From Camelus ferus (Eukaryota): 64,000 bases of DNA. The stretch's first letter is position 1, and the number at the start of each line of letters is the position of its first letter. The position numbers were made by a program, and so were the translations under genes. Positions 25,330 through 38,060 of the stretch are shown here, piece by piece. The notes beneath the pieces are model-generated. The model searched no databases and was not told the DNA's origin. It saw only the letters and a program-made list of their open reading frames with translations. The DNA lies in contig NC_045697.1 of NCBI RefSeq assembly GCF_009834535.1, positions 103,480,001 through 103,544,000 on the forward strand, read 5' to 3'.

Positions 25330-28080
25330 CCACAAACAAAAGTTCAGGACCAGAAAGTTTTATAGGTGAATTCTATCAAACATTTAAAGAAGAGTTAACA
25401 CTTATCTTTCTCAAACTATTCCAAAAAATTAAAGTGGAAGGAATGATTCCAAATTCATTCTATAAGGCCAGCATCACCTGATACCAAAATCAGACAGACA
25501 CCACAAAAAAGGAAAATTACAGGCCAATATTACTGATGAATATAGATGCAAAAATCCTAAGCAAAATATAAGCAAACTGATTTAAACAATATATTTCAAG
25601 AGTCCTACACCATGATCAAGTAGGATTAATCCAAAGGATGCAAGGATGGTTCAATATCCACACATCAATCAATGTGATATACCACACTAGCAAATTGAAA
25701 AATAAAAATCATACGATCATCTCAATAGATGTAGAAAAACCTTTTGACAAAATTTAATATTCACGTATGAAAAAACTCTCAACAAAGTGAGTATAGAGGG
25801 AACACCTCAACATAATAAAGTCCTTATACAACAAACCAACAGCTAACATCATAGTCAATGGTGAAAAGTGGATAACATTTCCTCTAAGATCAGGAACAAC
25901 CCAAGGATAACCACTCTTGTCAGTTTTATTCAACATAGTATTGGAAGATCTAGCCACAGCATTCAGACAAAAAAAAAAAAAAAAAAAAAGAAAGAAAGAA
26001 ATAAAAGGAATCCAAATTGGAAAGGAAGAGGTAAAACTGTCACAGTTGCAGATGACATGTATACAAAAAATCATAAAGACACCACCAAAAAACTATTAGA
26101 ACTAATAAATGGTTTTAGTAAAGTTTCAGGACACAGAACAGTTACTCTACAGAATATTATTACATATTATATATAATAATATACAGAAATCTGTTGCATT
26201 TCTATATACTAACAATAAATTACCAGAAAGAGAAAATTTAAAGATGATCCCATTTACATTTACATCAAAAATAATAAAATACCTAGGAATAAATAACCAA
26301 GGAGATAAAAGACTTGTACCAGGAAAACTATAAAATGGTGATAAAAGAAACTGAAGATGATACCAACAAATGGAAAGATACCATGCTCACAGGTTGAAAG
26401 AATTAATATTGCTGAAATGGCCATACTACTCAAGGCAAACTACAGATTCAGTGCAATCCCTATCAAAATACTAATGGCACTTTTCACATAAGTAGAACAA
26501 ATAATTCTAAAATTTGTATGGAAACACAAAAGGTCCCAAAGAACAAAGCTGGAGGTATCATGCTCCCTGATTTCAAACTATATACAAAGCTATAGTAATC
26601 CAAACAGTATGGTACTGACATGAAAATAGATATAAAGATCAATGGAACAGAATAGAGCCCAGAAATGAATGCATATTTATATGGTCAATTAGCCTATGAC
26701 AAAGGAGACAAGAATATACAATGGGGAAATGGCAACCTCTTTGGTAAATGGTGCTCTGAAAGCTGAACAGCTGCATGCAAAAGAGTAAGACTGGACTACT
26801 TTCTCACACCATATGCAAAAATAAAGTCAAAATGGATTAAAGGCTTAAAATGCAAGACCTGAAACCATGAAACTCCTAGAAGAAAACATAGGAAGTTTTC
26901 AGAAGACAAAGGCATGCTCTTTGACATCGGTCTTAATATTTTTTTGTATATGTCTCCTCAGGCAAGGGAGACAAATGCAAAGATACACAAATGGGACTAT
27001 GTCAAACCAAAAAGCTTTTGCACAGCAGAGGAAGCTTAACAAAACAAAAAGGTAGCCTACTGAATGGGAGAAGATATTTACAAATGTATATCAAAAAAGG
27101 AGTTAATGTACAAAACATACAAAGAACTCAAACAACTCAACATCAAAAAAAAAAAAAAAAACTAATTTAAAAGTGGGCAAAGGATCTGAAAAGACAGTTT
27201 TCCAAAAAAGACATACAGATGGCCAACAGATACATGAAAATGCCAAAAGTCACAAATCACCAGGGAAATGCAAATCAAAACCACAATAAGATATCACCTC
27301 AAACTTGTCTGAATGGCTATTGTCAAAAAGGTAACAAAAAAGTATTGGTGAGGTTGTGGAGAAAAGGGAACCCTTATGTCATGCACTGTTGATGTGAGTG
27401 CAAATTAGTACAGCCATTATAGAAAAACAGAATGGATCTTCCTCCAAAAATTAAAAATAGAACTGCTATATGATCCAGTAATTCTACTCCTGGGTGTTTT
27501 TTCCAAATAAAACAAAAACAGTAATTTGCAGAGATACATGCACCCCTATGTTTGCTGAAGCATTATTTACAATAGCCAAGATATGGAAGCAATCTAAGTA
27601 TTCATCAATAGATAAATGAATAAAGAAGATGTGACATGTATAGTGGAATATTACTCAGCCATAAAAAGAACAAAATCTTGCCATTTGCAACAACATCAGT
27701 GGACCTAGAAGGTATTAAGCTGAGTGAAGTAAGTCACATACAGAAAGACAAAAACTGTATAATTTCACTTATATGCGGAATCTAAAAAACAAAACAAATG
27801 GACAAACAACAAAACAGAAACAAACTCATAGATATCAAGACCAAACTGGTGGTTGCCAGAGGGGTGAGCGGTGGGGGGATGAGTGAAATAGGTGAGGGAC
27901 ATTAAGAAGCACAAACTTCCCATTATAAAGTAAGTAAGTAACAGGGATGTAACGTACAGTGTGGGAAATATAGTCAATAATAATGTAATAACATTCTATG
28001 GTGACAGAAACTAGACTGATCATTTTGTAATGTTAAACAATATCGAATCACTATGTTGTACAGCTGAAACCAATATTATA
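25330..28080 (+). mobile_element. 5'-truncated LINE-1: degraded ORF2 (RT and C-terminal part) plus 3' UTR
   Basis: Begins [13 protein letters not shown] (cf. NKSPGPDGFTGEF); contains [32 protein letters not shown] and ADDM; typical L1 3' UTR; many stops and frameshifts. Confidence 0.97.
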
Positions 28081-28149
28081 AGAAAGAAAAAATATGCTGT
28101 GCACAATTTAAAGAAAACAATATGCACCCTGTGTTTTATATGATTTAGG

Positions 28150-29100
28150 CTTCTGGAGAATTTTCCCATCAGTACGCCACTTCACTGGCTACTCTCAGTT
28201 ATCTGACTGGTGAAGGCTGGGACCAAATCCATTGAGTCTGTCCCATACAGCACTTACGAGGCTACTATGAAGTGACTACAGTTAAGGCTACTAGTAACAG
28301 GATTCCAAGCAGCAGGATGAGGGCAGCCCACAGTGCTGACTCCAGCCATGTTACCCAGAGTGCCAGGCCAACCAGCTTAACGAATCTCATAAAATGTCAG
28401 GGTCTGTCTTAGAAAGCCAGGTGGCTTTCTCCCTAAGTTTCAGCACTGACCTTTCCACTTGGCTCTGGCATTGCTGTAGGTACAGCAGAATATATTAGCG
28501 ATGGCACAGGTTTCTCCTCGGCCTGTGATAAGGAAGTTTACGGCAGTTCTATCACCCATAACAGGTCTGACTAAAAGCCTTGCAGGGCTCAGGTGGTGTC
28601 ATCAATGACTTCAGCTAAAGTAAAGGACAAACGTTATACTACCTTTACTAACTGCATCATTCTTAGCCCCTATTATAGAGATTATTATCTACAAAGTGTG
28701 CGCAACTAAGGAGATACCTATCTGAGAAGCAACCCCAAGTAACCAAGGGTAGCCTCATTTTGGAGAGGTCTCTGCAGCCATTTGAAGGCGATACAATCTA
28801 CTCATGGTGTGTCCTTAAACGTTTGAAGGTCTCTTGTGACACCCTCAAAAGTGCGAGACACCATATTCTGGGAAGGGAGGCAAGTTAATGCCTGACTTGC
28901 ACACAAAAAGTACAATCCTGAGAATGTACGTGGTGCCCTGGAAAGGAAGTTTTGTTTACAATTGCTGGGGAGACCCACAGGGGACCTTCATCAGTCGGAA
29001 GAACAAGTTGATGGTCCTGCTAATGTGGCCTCCTATCTAACTGGTAAACCTTAGAGGTGCCCGTTCAGTTCCAGTAACTGAGTCTGGCCCTTGTTTTTGG
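28150..29100 (-). mobile_element. Degraded endogenous retroviral env region (TM subunit at 28265-28660)
   Basis: Manual minus-strand translation: LVKVV*RLSFTLAEVIDDTT*ALQG / VMGDRTAVNFLITGRGETCAIANIFCCTY / VERSVLKLREKATWLSK / WLESALWAALILLLGILLLVAL. Confidence 0.85.
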
Positions 29101-29199
29101 AGGAAAGACATCTATGTCTATTACCTGTACCTCTAGACACATAGATAAATAATAATGTTGAACAACAATCTATCTACTCCTGATCTGTTAAGAATCCGG

Positions 29200-30540
29200 T
29201 CCATAATATATTTGAACTTGATCAAATGTTTTGAGCATTTGTGGAAATAATCATATGTTTTTTCTCCTTATATGCAGTAATATGGGAAATTACATTTTAA
29301 AGATTTCTAAATATTGGAGTATTCTTATGTTCTTGAAACAAACCCCACTTAGTCATGGTGTAGCATATTTTCAGTATGCTGCTCAGTATTCTGTTTGTTA
29401 ATATTTTATTTGGGATATGTTTATTGATATTAAATGAATTTGGTCCCTGGTTTTCTTTTATGTACAATCTATGTTCGACTGTGTATGTTATGTTCAATTC
29501 ATTTAAAAAACGTGCTCTGTATATAGTATTTGGAAGTTATTTAAGTTTTCTGCATGGCCAGCTACATAATAAAGTTTAAAAAATATTCATTAGGGATTTG
29601 GAAAGACTGTGTAATTTTGTATACTGGACAGCTTGTTAATTGTGTGTGACTTAAATTCTCTATAAATTCCCCTCCCTACCTCTGACCATTATCCTCTTTC
29701 TCTCAAGATAGCCAATGTCAACAATTTCAGGTGCATTCTTCCAGGAAAAAAATTAAGTATTTAATATAATATATATGAATATCCTCTTAAATATATAAAA
29801 TTAAATTGCTCTATATACTGCTTTATAACCAATATTATTTTAATTTAATGTAACTTGGAGATGTATTTATGGCCACACACATAGATGCACCTCATTCTGA
29901 ACAGTTCTTTTTTTTATTTTAAAGAATAACTAAAATAGACTTTCTCTCCTATGTAGTTAGATTTATTTTAGATGTATTTTGTTCTTAACATCAGTTTTTT
30001 TGCATAATGATCAGAGAAGGTGGCTGCATATAATATTTGGAGTTTATTGAGATTTTCTTCATGGTCTTATACATAATAAAATTTTTAAATATTCCATGGG
30101 GATTTGGAAATAATACATTGTTTTTAGATCTTGCCTTGCTTATTATTTGTTTGTGATTCAAATTCTATATAATGTTATAGATTTTGACTACTTGACCTGC
30201 CAAATTTTAGAGATATGATTCTCCCACTATGATTGTGGTTTTGACAATTCTCCTTGCATTTCTAACTTTCTGGTTTTTATGTTTTTTGATCACTGATATG
30301 TAGAACAAAATAGTTCTTGGCTCTCTTATCTTCTTTGTGTATTGTATTTTTAAGTCAATATTAAATATCTCACATTACATTAATGATTTCTTCATTAAAA
30401 TCTATATTTTTGACAAATATGTTTTTATGTGCTGTGTAGTTTACATTTGGCTGACATATATTTGCCAACTTTTTATGTATAACCAGTGAGAGTTTGCTTT
30501 AAGTATGTTTCATAGAAATAGCACATAGCTGGGTCTAAAG
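29200..30540 (-). mobile_element. Old degraded L1 fragments
   Basis: AAACCCCACTTAGTCATGGTG is antisense ORF2 (HD*VG); AT-rich L1M-like sequence continues. Confidence 0.65.
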
Positions 30541-31179
30541 CTGTAAGAAGTCTACAGGGTGTGTAATGAAATTTTTTGGCATCTCCCAGACCCAGATCTA
30601 AATCTTTGCTCCACCATTTATGGACCATGTGATCTCATACAAATTATTTAACTCATCCAAGCCTCAGTTTCCTCATCTGTAAAATGGGACAATAGACTTG
30701 TATTAGTTAGTACTCTGGATTGTAATAAAAAGACAATTCACATGAAGTTACATATAAAGGAAAATTTCTGTGGTGTCTCATAAGAAGCAATTAAAAACCA
30801 AACTATGAAGAAAGATGGGGCCACTCCTGCCCTTCATTCACTTCTTTTCTAAAGCAGTATCTTCACCTGTCTTTGTTATTCCCAATCAGTGACCCTGTTT
30901 ATTTATTTACTTATTTAATTGGAGTATAGTTGATTTACAGTGTTGTGTTAATTTCACCCTGTTCACTTTATCCATAGATTCTACCCCATACTGCATTTTG
31001 TTTATTGTCTGCCTTGTGTTCCGATGCAAGTTTGATGAGGGCAGGACCTCACTGGTCTTCTTCACTGCTCTGCATCTGGTACCTCACCAGTGTGTGGCCC
31101 ATAGTAGCTACCCCATTAAACATATTTGTAGAATGAAAACAGAGGAACTGGGCCGGCACGGTGGAGGGTCGAGAGGGAG

Positions 31180-31630
31180 AGTTATGGGTTGAATTGTGTC
31201 AAAAAGATGTATTGGCAGGTTAATGCCCAGTACCTCAGAAAGTGACCTTATTTAGTGATAAGGTCTTTGCAGATGTAGTAAGTTAAGGTGAGGTCATTAG
31301 GGTGAGCTCTAATCCAGTATGACTGGTGTCTTTATGAAAGGGGAAAATTTGGATACAAACACAAATATGCACAGACTACATGATGAGACATAAGGGGAAC
31401 TCCACGTAAAAACTGGAGACATGTTGTCGCAAGCCAAGGGATGCCTGGGGTTACCTGAGCTGGGAGAGGCAAGGAAGCATCCTTGCCTTCAGGTTTCACG
31501 GAGAGGATGGCCCTGCCAATACCTTTATCTTGGGCTTCTAACCTGCAGGACTGTGAGATAGTAAATGTATGTTGTTCTAAGCTACCTATGTATTGGCACT
31601 TTGATAAGGCAGCCCTAGGAAACACACACA
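31180..31630 (+). mobile_element. MaLR LTR (MLT1B/C-like)
   Basis: TATGGGTTGAATTGTGTC...CCCAGTACCTCAGAAAGTGACCTTATTT...GCAGCCCTAGGAAAC. Confidence 0.85.
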
Positions 31631-34600
31631 AAGAGGAACCCACTCAGTGGGTCTCAGGTACCAACAATTCACTCCCAGAATTCCAGACCGTATGTAGTTA
31701 CAAGGTAATCACAGACCCCATGAGCTGGTGGCCCAGGCTGCTACTAGGTCAGGTCAGGTCAGGTTCAGGAAATTCATGGATGAAACTGCAGAGAACAGAC
31801 ACTGGTGAATCCAACAGGGTGTGTCTGAAAAACACTGTACGTGACCACTGACCACTGAGTTCATCACCGTGGAGAATTTAGGGGACAAGAAATCGTTTCT
31901 TACTCTGCGCAGAATTGGCTGCTGAGTATCTCAGGATTGTGAAGGAAAACACTCAAACCTGATTGAGTAATCAATCACGCGCCACTCCTGTTTCAGAAGG
32001 AGAAGTCATAAAAGGAAAAGCCAGCCAGTACACCAATCTGAGCATTTGGAATGTCAGAGGTAATCGCGGAATTAGAATTTTCAAGGTTATCAGGCAAGAT
32101 AAATTAACAAATTACATGGAGATACCTCAGGAGGAAAATGACCCGGCCCCCCACCCCCCAACTCCCCGATGTTTAATTAGCCACGAAGAGAAAAGGCTTG
32201 AAAAATTCCCTGTCATTCCCACTGAGCTGGAACTTTTCAAAGCTCCTTGTGAACTGTGCTGTTTGTATGAACACATTCTCTAAGACAGTCAAGAAAGCTG
32301 ATTGGACTGATCAAATGTCCATGTGATTTGAATCCAGATGAGGAAATATGCACACATATATGTCATTCTAATGAGCACTGTTGGGAATTATGGATACATT
32401 TTCTATGCAAGAAGCTTAGACCACATCCATCATTAGACGACATTAGAATCATTAAATTCAAATGATTTTGCTTACCTTTCAATAAATGCAGTCCAATCCA
32501 CTGACTTCTTCCTGTTCTTTCAGTACCATCTTTGAGTATAATCCAAAAGGTTTTCTTTTGTTTGTTTTTTCCCAAATTCAATGATTTCCATTGGTTTCAA
32601 GTGAATAATCAGGATCTTCTGGTAAAATCAAAATAAACTTATTTTTAGTAATTTTAATTTAGCTGAGATAAAGAAGCTTTTGGCCTCATTCTCATCACCC
32701 TATCCTGATTTTAGCTGTTTTTTTTTTTTAAGTTGACTTTTTAAAGATGCTATACAAAAAAAAAAAGTAGGAGAAACTAAAAGTGAGTTGAACACGACTA
32801 CATTTGTTTGACCACTGGTGTAATTTTTTATATTAACTTTATGGTTTCAGTGTTAAAAGAACATGAAACACTTTTACAATCAGGAAGGAAGAGATGATGT
32901 AAAATCAGGCTCAGAGCAGTGGCTTCTTCAATTCCTACTCTGTGCAAAAATTCAACTGTTAATAAAATGAAATCAGTCCAAAAGCTGATGGGGACTGAAC
33001 TGACGGGCCTACTTTCTGGCTCGTTGGCATTCAATTCAAATAATGTTGCAACAATTCAAAGGATGTGTTTTTATTTTTGTGTGTGCGTGTTTAATCACAG
33101 GCCAATGTCTTTAACTTAATATGTAATGAGGACTCACAAAAAAAATAAGACCAAGTTCAACACCCAGTAGGAAAAAAAGGGCCTAAAAATATAAACAGTG
33201 CATGGAAAAAAAGTAATTTTAAACCTGCGAAGATATTTTCAACATTGATAAAAGGATAAAATCATGAGATGCAATTTTTAACACCTTTATTGTGGTATGG
33301 TTCCTGTACAGTAATTTACAGAAGGGGTAAATTGGGAATTCGAAAATTGCACCTCTTGGGGAGTGATGGAAATGTTAGCTATCCTGATTGTGGTAGTGCT
33401 TTCATTGGTTTCATTGGTTTTATTCTATCAAAATTCATCAAATTGTACATTTGAAATATGTGTAGTTTACTGTAAAGGGTATGCTTTTAAAGTCTTCAGA
33501 AAGGTGCTTTCTTGAAGTTTCATCAAAGCTTTATATTTGACTTTATATGTTATCCTGGGACATACAGCTACATTGAGGTACAAACTTCATCTCTACCAGT
33601 TCTCCGTGTAGTTGTCACTTACTAAGTCCTGCATCTGATGACCCACTATCTCTGTTACTAAGTGTTAATTTTCACCTGAATCTCCCTTAATTTTCTCCTA
33701 GGCTGTTTATCACTAGGCAATTAGAAGGCAAATAGACTGCTGTCTATTGCCAGCAGTAGAGGGAAGCAAGGGTAGTCTATGCTAACATCCATTCAGAACC
33801 CTTCACAAAGTCTTTCTTATCCTAATGTTGTCAAGTTTCTCTTTTCCACACTTAAAGTGGGGTGTTACTGAGCTGTCCGCCAATGGGGAGGACCGATATG
33901 TAATTGACAAGAGGATAGGGTTGATGGCTACCTATGCTGTGGGCCCGCTGGACGTACTTGCTGCAGAAAGGGTTGATTCCCTGGGGTGGCTGGGGCATCA
34001 AGGACAAGCAGGAAGAGGAGGGAGCAGTTATCAGCATCCACCCTGAGCAGTCCCCAGTGTGATTAACCTGGAAACCATGTAGTGGCTCTGATTTCTATGT
34101 ATCTTCCCAAAGTACACAGCTTGAAAGTTACTCTAATCAAGACACAGCTTTTTGGATAAAAAACCATCTTGCACCCCAACTGGCAGATAATAGCTATATC
34201 TTTTGAAAGTCAATAACCTTGCCCCTTCCTGCTCCTCCTCAGACCCACACCTTCCTTGTCTTTTCAGCTATATGGGGCATTTAAAAATAAATCCAACTCG
34301 GGGCTGCAGCAGTCACATGGATACCATCTTCCCTCTCTCCCTGGCACAGGATCTCTGCACAATATTTGATATTTCTGGCCTGAAATCCTTCTCCCACTCC
34401 AATCTGACGTGCATACTGGTTCTTCAGCATGTCTGCACTCATACCCATCAATTAGCATGGCGGGCTGCCCACTTCAACAAGGTGTGGAGCCAATTTCAAC
34501 ACGGCAACGTGCCAATCCCATCCTGGCTCAGACAGGGACTGAAGCAAGCGACACAGCTTGTCCACGAAGCTCCTTCCTGGAGGACAGCGCTGCCAAAGCA

Positions 34601-35834
34601 AGACCTGTGTTTCTCTCCAGGGAGCTGTCGCCACGGAACTCTTTAATCACCGTGTACCTTTCTCTCTCTGTTCTTTCTCTTCTTAGAAAGGAAATCCGCG
34701 TTATTGGATACTATGGATCCAGGATCCTCCTTTTAAAGGGAAAAATTCTCTTGTCCAAGCAGAAAATAGAAATATGGGTGTTACCAAGCATGGAAGGGCA
34801 CAGTGAGAAGCCATCCTTCCTCCCCGAAGCTCAGAACTGCCCTGACAGTCAGAAAGGCATGATCACAGACAGACAGCAAAGCCCTCTGTGTGCTGGCGTT
34901 GGGGCCTAGAAAACGTGGCTCTGGGGGTGTTAGAGAAGAGAGAAACACTATTGTCAAAGTACCATAGAGTGGGCCTTTCCCAAGAAGCTCGCCCCTTGGC
35001 GCATGGAGGAAGGCCCCAAATGAATGAAGATGCTAAAGGAATGGAAGAAACAGGCGGACTATTGGAGTGGGAGGAGGAAGATAACCTCTCTTTAGTTTAC
35101 ATAATGTATGAATGAAGAGGATCTGTGAAACTTTGCTCTTACCCCCTGCCCCCCAAAAAGACATAAACACCCTCCCCATGTAGGAACGGTCCTCAAGGTG
35201 GAATGAAACTTTTCAAAAGTGAGACAAGTTCAGGGACGTGGCCCTGGAGTCATCTGGATACAGGAAAACACAGGTAATAATATTAAGAATGTTCTCTCTT
35301 TTAGTGGGGAGGTTTGCTTTATGCATTTTTTATTTAACTATATTTTCTCATTTTTCCCTGAAATAAATGCATGATTGCTTTTTCTTAATAAGAAAAAAAT
35401 AATAAAAACCTCACTTCAGAAAAATAAGACAGCAAGGTATAAAAATGAGATAAACTATAGCCAAAGGAATTTAGGAGACAGGAGCAAAGGTTGCTAGGCA
35501 TTTTTTGGTAGGTAAAGGCAGTCAAATAAAAGAAAGATTGGCCAAAAGGAGGAATTGCTAATGAAATGCAGGAAGATTTCCTAGAGCTTGCCCCAGTGTT
35601 GTGGGTCTGTCATAGGGCAGAAATAACAAAGCACACATTCACAGAGATGAATGAAAAGTGGGGACTTGTGGCAGCTGACTGGGCTCAGGAGTGTTTCAGG
35701 TTAAACTCGGTAAATATTCCCCATTGCAAACCTTGTGCATCAAGAGCTGTCTGAGCCTCCACTCTGGGTGCTGCTGGTGCTCTGGGCCCCAGATGCCCCA
35801 AGTGGGCTGTGCTCTGGGGCCCTGAGTCAGTCAG

Positions 35835-36262
35835 CAGTTGGGTTGGAGCCGCGCAGACAGGCTGACAGCAGCTGGTGGTGACAGATTCAGGAATTTGGCC
35901 TGGGGTTGTTCAACACAGGCATTATTAAAATCTAAATTATATAAACTTGCAATTAAACATATTACAAACAAAAGCAATAAATACCCAGAACTCATCACGT
36001 CCTAATTATTTTACTATGATGTATGTTCGTAATGTTTCCTCGCCTCTATTGAATCAGTATAGTGAAAAGATTATGTGAGGGGGGCCAAAGTCTGTCTATC
36101 TTCTCCCAGCTCCGTGTTTAATGATGTCACTTTAGTAGCCAGAAATGGGCCATGCTGGGAATGTTCACACCGTGAACATAAGCAAGTTCTACACATTTGG
36201 GCTTTTATTTATTTCTTTTCCAGAGAGCTGGTTGTTCAAATGTGTCAGTTCCCTGCCGCTTG
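35835..36262. mobile_element. MER63-like hAT-Blackjack element
   Basis: CATTATTAAAATCTAAATTATATAAACTT...GAGAGCTGGTTGTT. Confidence 0.7.
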
Positions 36263-37099
36263 AAATCTACAAAAGCCAAGCTTCCCTGTTCTGTAATAAA
36301 GTTACTGGCCTCCTTCACAGCACCTTCTACATTATTTGGCTACATTTTCCCAAAGCTGAGGTTTGCTTTGGATTTCCAGAGCCCCAGAAAGGTTGTGACA
36401 AAGGTCCTTTGAGTCTTTTCTCTCTCCCGAGGACTCCGGCACCAGGGTGATGTTGGAGTGGGATGGAGGGAGAGAATGACACCAAACATCCTTGCAACTC
36501 CCTCCCTCTGAACCTGAGGGGTTGTCCCTGGGCCACACATCTTCCCCAGCAGGCTCCTCAGGCCCCCGGGGTACACCCACACTGCCACCAACCCTCAAGT
36601 TCTGCTGAGCCTCAAAGCTCCCCACATGAGGGCTGAAGGGAGGGTCAGGTTGCAGTAATGCCAATGGGAGCAAAAGAGAGAAAAAAACAAAAAACAGGGC
36701 AGATCTGAAAAGAAGAAGGAAATAGTGATGCTTTATGTCTCATAAGTTACAGGTGATGAAAGAGAAGATTGAGGCAAAGTTAATTCACTTTTACATCCTT
36801 TGGCCCCAGGAGGAACCATCAGGGTTACAGAGAAGGACAAATTCTGTCAGGAACTCAGACCCGAGAGGACAACGGTTCAATTTGCAATCTTAAGAACAAG
36901 GGGTGACAGTGATCAAGGTGTGGAGGTGATAATAATGTCTTGAAATACTTCAAAAAAAATTTAATACTCTAGAGTTTAAATGTCCATTTGGTTTGATAGC
37001 ATTTCTTTTGCTCCTTATCTTGGCCTCTAGGGCGTCTGGCGGTTGGATAGCGCTGGCCATGACCTCTATGAAATATCCTCCTCCCTCCGCTTTCGTGTA

Positions 37100-37468
37100 G
37101 GTTTCAGGGAGAGAGGGAGGGTGAGATTTATTTTTAAAAATTGGCTCACAGGATTATATGGGCTGGAAAATCTGAAATTTGCAGGACAGGCCAGCAGGCT
37201 GGAAACTCAGGCAGGAGCTCCCTGTTAGTCTTGAGGCAGAATTCCTTCTTCGTCAGGAAAACTTAATCTTTGCTCTTAAGACCTTCAGCTGACGAAAGTA
37301 TTATCTTTCTGTATTATCCAGCGTGATCGATCTCCTTTACTTCAAGTCAACTGATTAGAAAGGTTAATCACATCTACAGAATGCCTTCATGGCAACATCT
37401 AGACCAGTGTTTGACCAAACAACTGGGCACCACAGCCTCACCAAGACGACATCAAATTGACCATCAAC
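37100..37468 (-). mobile_element. MLT2 (ERVL) LTR fragment
   Basis: GAGATTTATTTTTAAAAATTGGCTCACAGGATTAT...AGCAGGCTGGAAACTCAGG...AAATTGACCATCA. Confidence 0.8.
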
Positions 37469-37484
37469 AGTCTCTAAGCAAGAT

Positions 37485-38060
37485 CGTTCTCCTAACCGTT
37501 GGGGTTCTTCCCCCAAAGTCTCTGTTCCCCCAAAAGGGGAAGGCCTCAGGTCTTGTCTTGCCCGAAAGACAAGAATTCAGATAGGAGACAAAAGTGTTGT
37601 GTCGCGGAAGTTTTTTGTTTGTTTGTTTTTAAGCGAAAGTACACGTTCAAGAGCTAATCCAAGAGAGGACAGTAGCCTGGTATTTCTTGGTCCTTCTGTC
37701 TTATACCCTCGCTTAGGGGTGGCCTCTTGATTGATTGACAGCTTTTGCCCCAGAGTGCTTAATCATTCCTGTCCCCTTTTGTGCATGTCCTTACCCATGA
37801 TGCACACAGAGAAGCCCACGGTGCGAGGGGGGAGGACCTAAACCGCAATGCTAACTATATTACAATGAGCATTGGGTCTTGTCTGGTTAGGTCCTTGTTG
37901 CAATCACAGCCGTCCAGTCCCAACCGGTTTCTTGCCGGCACTCATTTAAAGGAAGTAAAGCCCCTTATGCTGAAGGCAGGCAAAAATGTCATCTGGACCA
38001 TCCTCCCTCTCCTCCACTTTATCTCCCTGGGGCCCCCACTTATCTAACTGCCTATCTCTT
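37485..38060 (-). mobile_element. Probable ERV1-type LTR
   Basis: AAGAATTCAGA...AAAGTACAC...CTTATACC and end TATCTAACTGCCTATCT typical of antisense ERV1 LTRs. Confidence 0.5.

Noticed and set aside
25754..28023. ORF-track entries as genes
   Set aside because: Fragments of degraded L1 ORF2/3' UTR or their antisense
31746..31767. (AGGTC)3 AGGTTCA nuclear-receptor half-site array
   Set aside because: Explained as a 5-bp tandem repeat; the spacing is not a canonical response element
34203..34909. 147-aa and 166-aa ORFs
   Set aside because: Overlap in different frames and show no protein-like features; consistent with chance
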